From: a virus | Taxonomy: Duplodnaviria > Heunggongvirae > Uroviricota > Caudoviricetes | Direction: 5' to 3' (one strand) | Virus record (IMG/VR): IMGVR_UViG_3300028361_000018 | DNA length: 64,000 nt | Shown: positions 62,410 through 64,000 of the stretch, piece after piece | How the letters are laid out: each line of letters begins with the position of its first letter | Position numbering within the stretch: position 1 is the stretch's first letter | Translations under genes and position numbers: made by a program | The notes under the pieces: generated by a model | Told to the model about the DNA's origin: nothing | What the model saw: only the letters and a program-made list of their open reading frames with translations | The model's database searches: none

Positions 62410-62838
62410 ATGAGCGCATTACTAGAATTAATTCGTGCAGATCAAGTTGCTGCACGAAAAGCAAAAGACACATTTGCAGCATCTGCACTAACTACTCTAT
62501 TAGGAGAATCAAGCCCTAGCGGTAATGATACCGTTACAGATGAGCAGGTAGCAAAAGTTGTTCAGAAGTTTCTGAAAAATCTGCACGAGCTGTTAGAGCT
62601 TACTAACGATATAGCCGCACAAAGTGACATCAGAAAGGAGGTAGGTTTGCTGGAAAAATATCAACCTACTCAGCTAACACCAGATCAAATACGCAGTTTT
62701 GTAGCCGCTATTATTGGCGGATGCGGTGATGTACCTGATGCTAAAAAAGTGGGCCTAATGATGGGTGCGCTAAACGCACACTATAAAGGTCAATACGACG
62801 GCAAGGTTGCCAGCGCAATTGTTAAGGAGTTAATTTAA
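62410..62838 (+). CDS. GatB/YqeY-domain protein
   Basis: 142 aa. MSALLELIRADQVAARKAKD ... VVQKFLKNL ... IRSFVAAIIGGCG ... VGLMMGALNAHYKGQYDGKVASAIVKELI matches the YqeY family. Confidence 0.65.
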   Translation: MSALLELIRADQVAARKAKDTFAASALTTLLGESSPSGNDTVTDEQVAKVVQKFLKNLHELLELTNDIAAQSDIRKEVGLLEKYQPTQLTPDQIRSFVAAIIGGCGDVPDAKKVGLMMGALNAHYKGQYDGKVASAIVKELI

Positions 62839-62839
62839 C

Positions 62840-63403
62840 ATGATAAAGTTGGGAGGCAAAAGCTTGAGACAGTTTCTAATAGGCAACCTAGCTGGTTGTA
62901 GTGATGGAAATTGCCTAGTATTCGGCACACGTGCCGGCATGCATACTAATGGTGGATGTAAATGCTTCGTCAACGCTGATCGATCACAGCTGAACATGAT
63001 AGGACAAAAGTTACACGCAGTTATAACACACGACGAGAATCAGCCGCTAGGCAATGATCAATGGAAATTTGCGCTTTTAAAACTAGTGGCTAGATACGAC
63101 ATGGCAGATTGTCTAATGTGGACAGATGAAGAACTTGAGTTTGCGGTACTGTGCAATGACGTATTCTTCTGGGGTGGCGCAGACTGCGAGGAGATACTTG
63201 AAGAAGATCTGCCCCAGTTAGAGCAAGCGTTTATTGACGCAGGCTTCGAAGGCGATACACTGTACTGTGCAAGGAAACGCGAGATGCGTCCACAAGGTGC
63301 ATTGTATGGCCACCTTGACCCTAAACATTGGCACTTGTTTGACGCCGCTGGGCCCGAGCGAGATCCTAAAGAATTTGGAAATACAGCTAAACCCGAAAAA
63401 TAG
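62840..63403 (+). CDS. Cys-rich hypothetical protein (187 aa)
   Basis: ORF track. Confidence 0.4.
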   Translation: MIKLGGKSLRQFLIGNLAGCSDGNCLVFGTRAGMHTNGGCKCFVNADRSQLNMIGQKLHAVITHDENQPLGNDQWKFALLKLVARYDMADCLMWTDEELEFAVLCNDVFFWGGADCEEILEEDLPQLEQAFIDAGFEGDTLYCARKREMRPQGALYGHLDPKHWHLFDAAGPERDPKEFGNTAKPEK

Positions 63404-63478
63404 TTAGCAGTAATATTTGACTTTTTCTATACACAGTGTTATTATTAATAAAATGCAAAACACACAAAGGTAAAGGTT

Positions 63479-63796
63479 ATGAAATACAACTACGATCATA
63501 GAAGTTCACGTCACGAAGACACTCGCAACTATAAACAAGAAGCGCAGGACTTGATAAAAGGACTTAGCAGTAGCCAACTGTATACCCTTTATGAAATTGT
63601 TGTAAACAAACTTAAACATTCAAACTCCGAAACTCGAGACAAAGAGTTGAAAGCTGTGCAAGCAGTTATTGAGAAAGTCTACGGTATTGACCGTGACCGA
63701 CTCCGTAGTATATACCAAGGTTACAAAAGCAGCATGGCAGCTGAAGCAACTCCGGCTAGTGGTTATAACCCACTGCTGAGAAAGAAGAAAGGTTAA
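63479..63796 (+). CDS. hypothetical protein (105 aa)
   Basis: ORF track. Confidence 0.35.
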   Translation: MKYNYDHRSSRHEDTRNYKQEAQDLIKGLSSSQLYTLYEIVVNKLKHSNSETRDKELKAVQAVIEKVYGIDRDRLRSIYQGYKSSMAAEATPASGYNPLLRKKKG

Positions 63797-63827
63797 CTTA
63801 AAAATTCAACCAGCACAAGGACTAGTA

Positions 63828-64000
63828 TGAAAGATTTTGATCAAGACAGCAATACGATTGCAGAGTTCATTAATACAATGACATCTTCAGATATTTTAAA
63901 AGCTTGCGAAATGCTTAATACCTACTGGACTGAGCATTGTGAACATACTGTCTGCTACTTTCATATCTTGTGCTGGACATTTCACAATCACGCTGCCAAA
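63828..64000 (+). CDS. hypothetical protein, 3'-truncated by the window end
   Basis: ATG at 63828 (MKDFDQDSNT...). No stop before the end of the window. Confidence 0.3.

Noticed and set aside
1-64000. CRISPR arrays, integrase/att sites, rRNA genes
   Set aside because: No short regularly spaced direct repeats, no tyrosine/serine recombinase motifs and no rRNA-like sequence were seen. The tandem repeats at 24.5-27 kb encode protein repeats, not CRISPR.

Overview
This 64-kb window looks like part of a large, gene-dense dsDNA phage genome, probably a marine myovirus-type phage; that assignment is a hedged inference. Essentially all genes are on the + strand and the base composition is AT-rich (roughly 40% GC by eye). 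Transcription units are punctuated by host-like sigma70 promoters (GTTGACA-N16/17-TATACT) and a few hairpin terminators.

Recognisable content:
- Aerobic ribonucleotide reductase nrdA/nrdB with a MobE-like HNH homing endonuclease between them, plus a glutaredoxin.
- A proteostasis and translation set: ribosomal protein bS21, GroES, Hsp20, ClpS and ClpP.
- A pigment/redox set: heme-oxygenase-like protein, ferredoxin-dependent bilin reductase and plastoquinol terminal oxidase.
- An NAD+ salvage module: PRPP-synthetase-like protein, a macro-domain protein, and a NAMPT (nadV) gene split in two by an antisense HNH endonuclease gene.
- A PAAR spike-tip protein, a pectate-lyase-fold tailspike/depolymerase-like protein, and a SleB-type cell-wall hydrolase.
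- An SPFH-domain lipoprotein, a type IV pilin-like protein, a Pol-beta-type nucleotidyltransferase, a dual-specificity phosphatase, a MazG-like protein and a GatB/YqeY-domain protein.
- A tRNA island (about 48.5-62.1 kb) with at least 11 tRNAs, interleaved with three GIY-YIG and one HNH homing endonuclease genes, a minus-strand PD-(D/E)XK-like nuclease, tRNA fragments and structured non-coding RNA regions.

The most striking apparently undescribed element is a five-member paralogous family. Four copies are in tandem at 23.5-29.6 kb and one is at 9.8 kb. Each has a conserved ~300-aa N-terminal domain and a variable number (2 to ~10) of 26-aa WPxGEAAIA...Y.YAR.VIkG tandem repeats.

All coordinates and anticodons were read by eye and need confirmation with tools.
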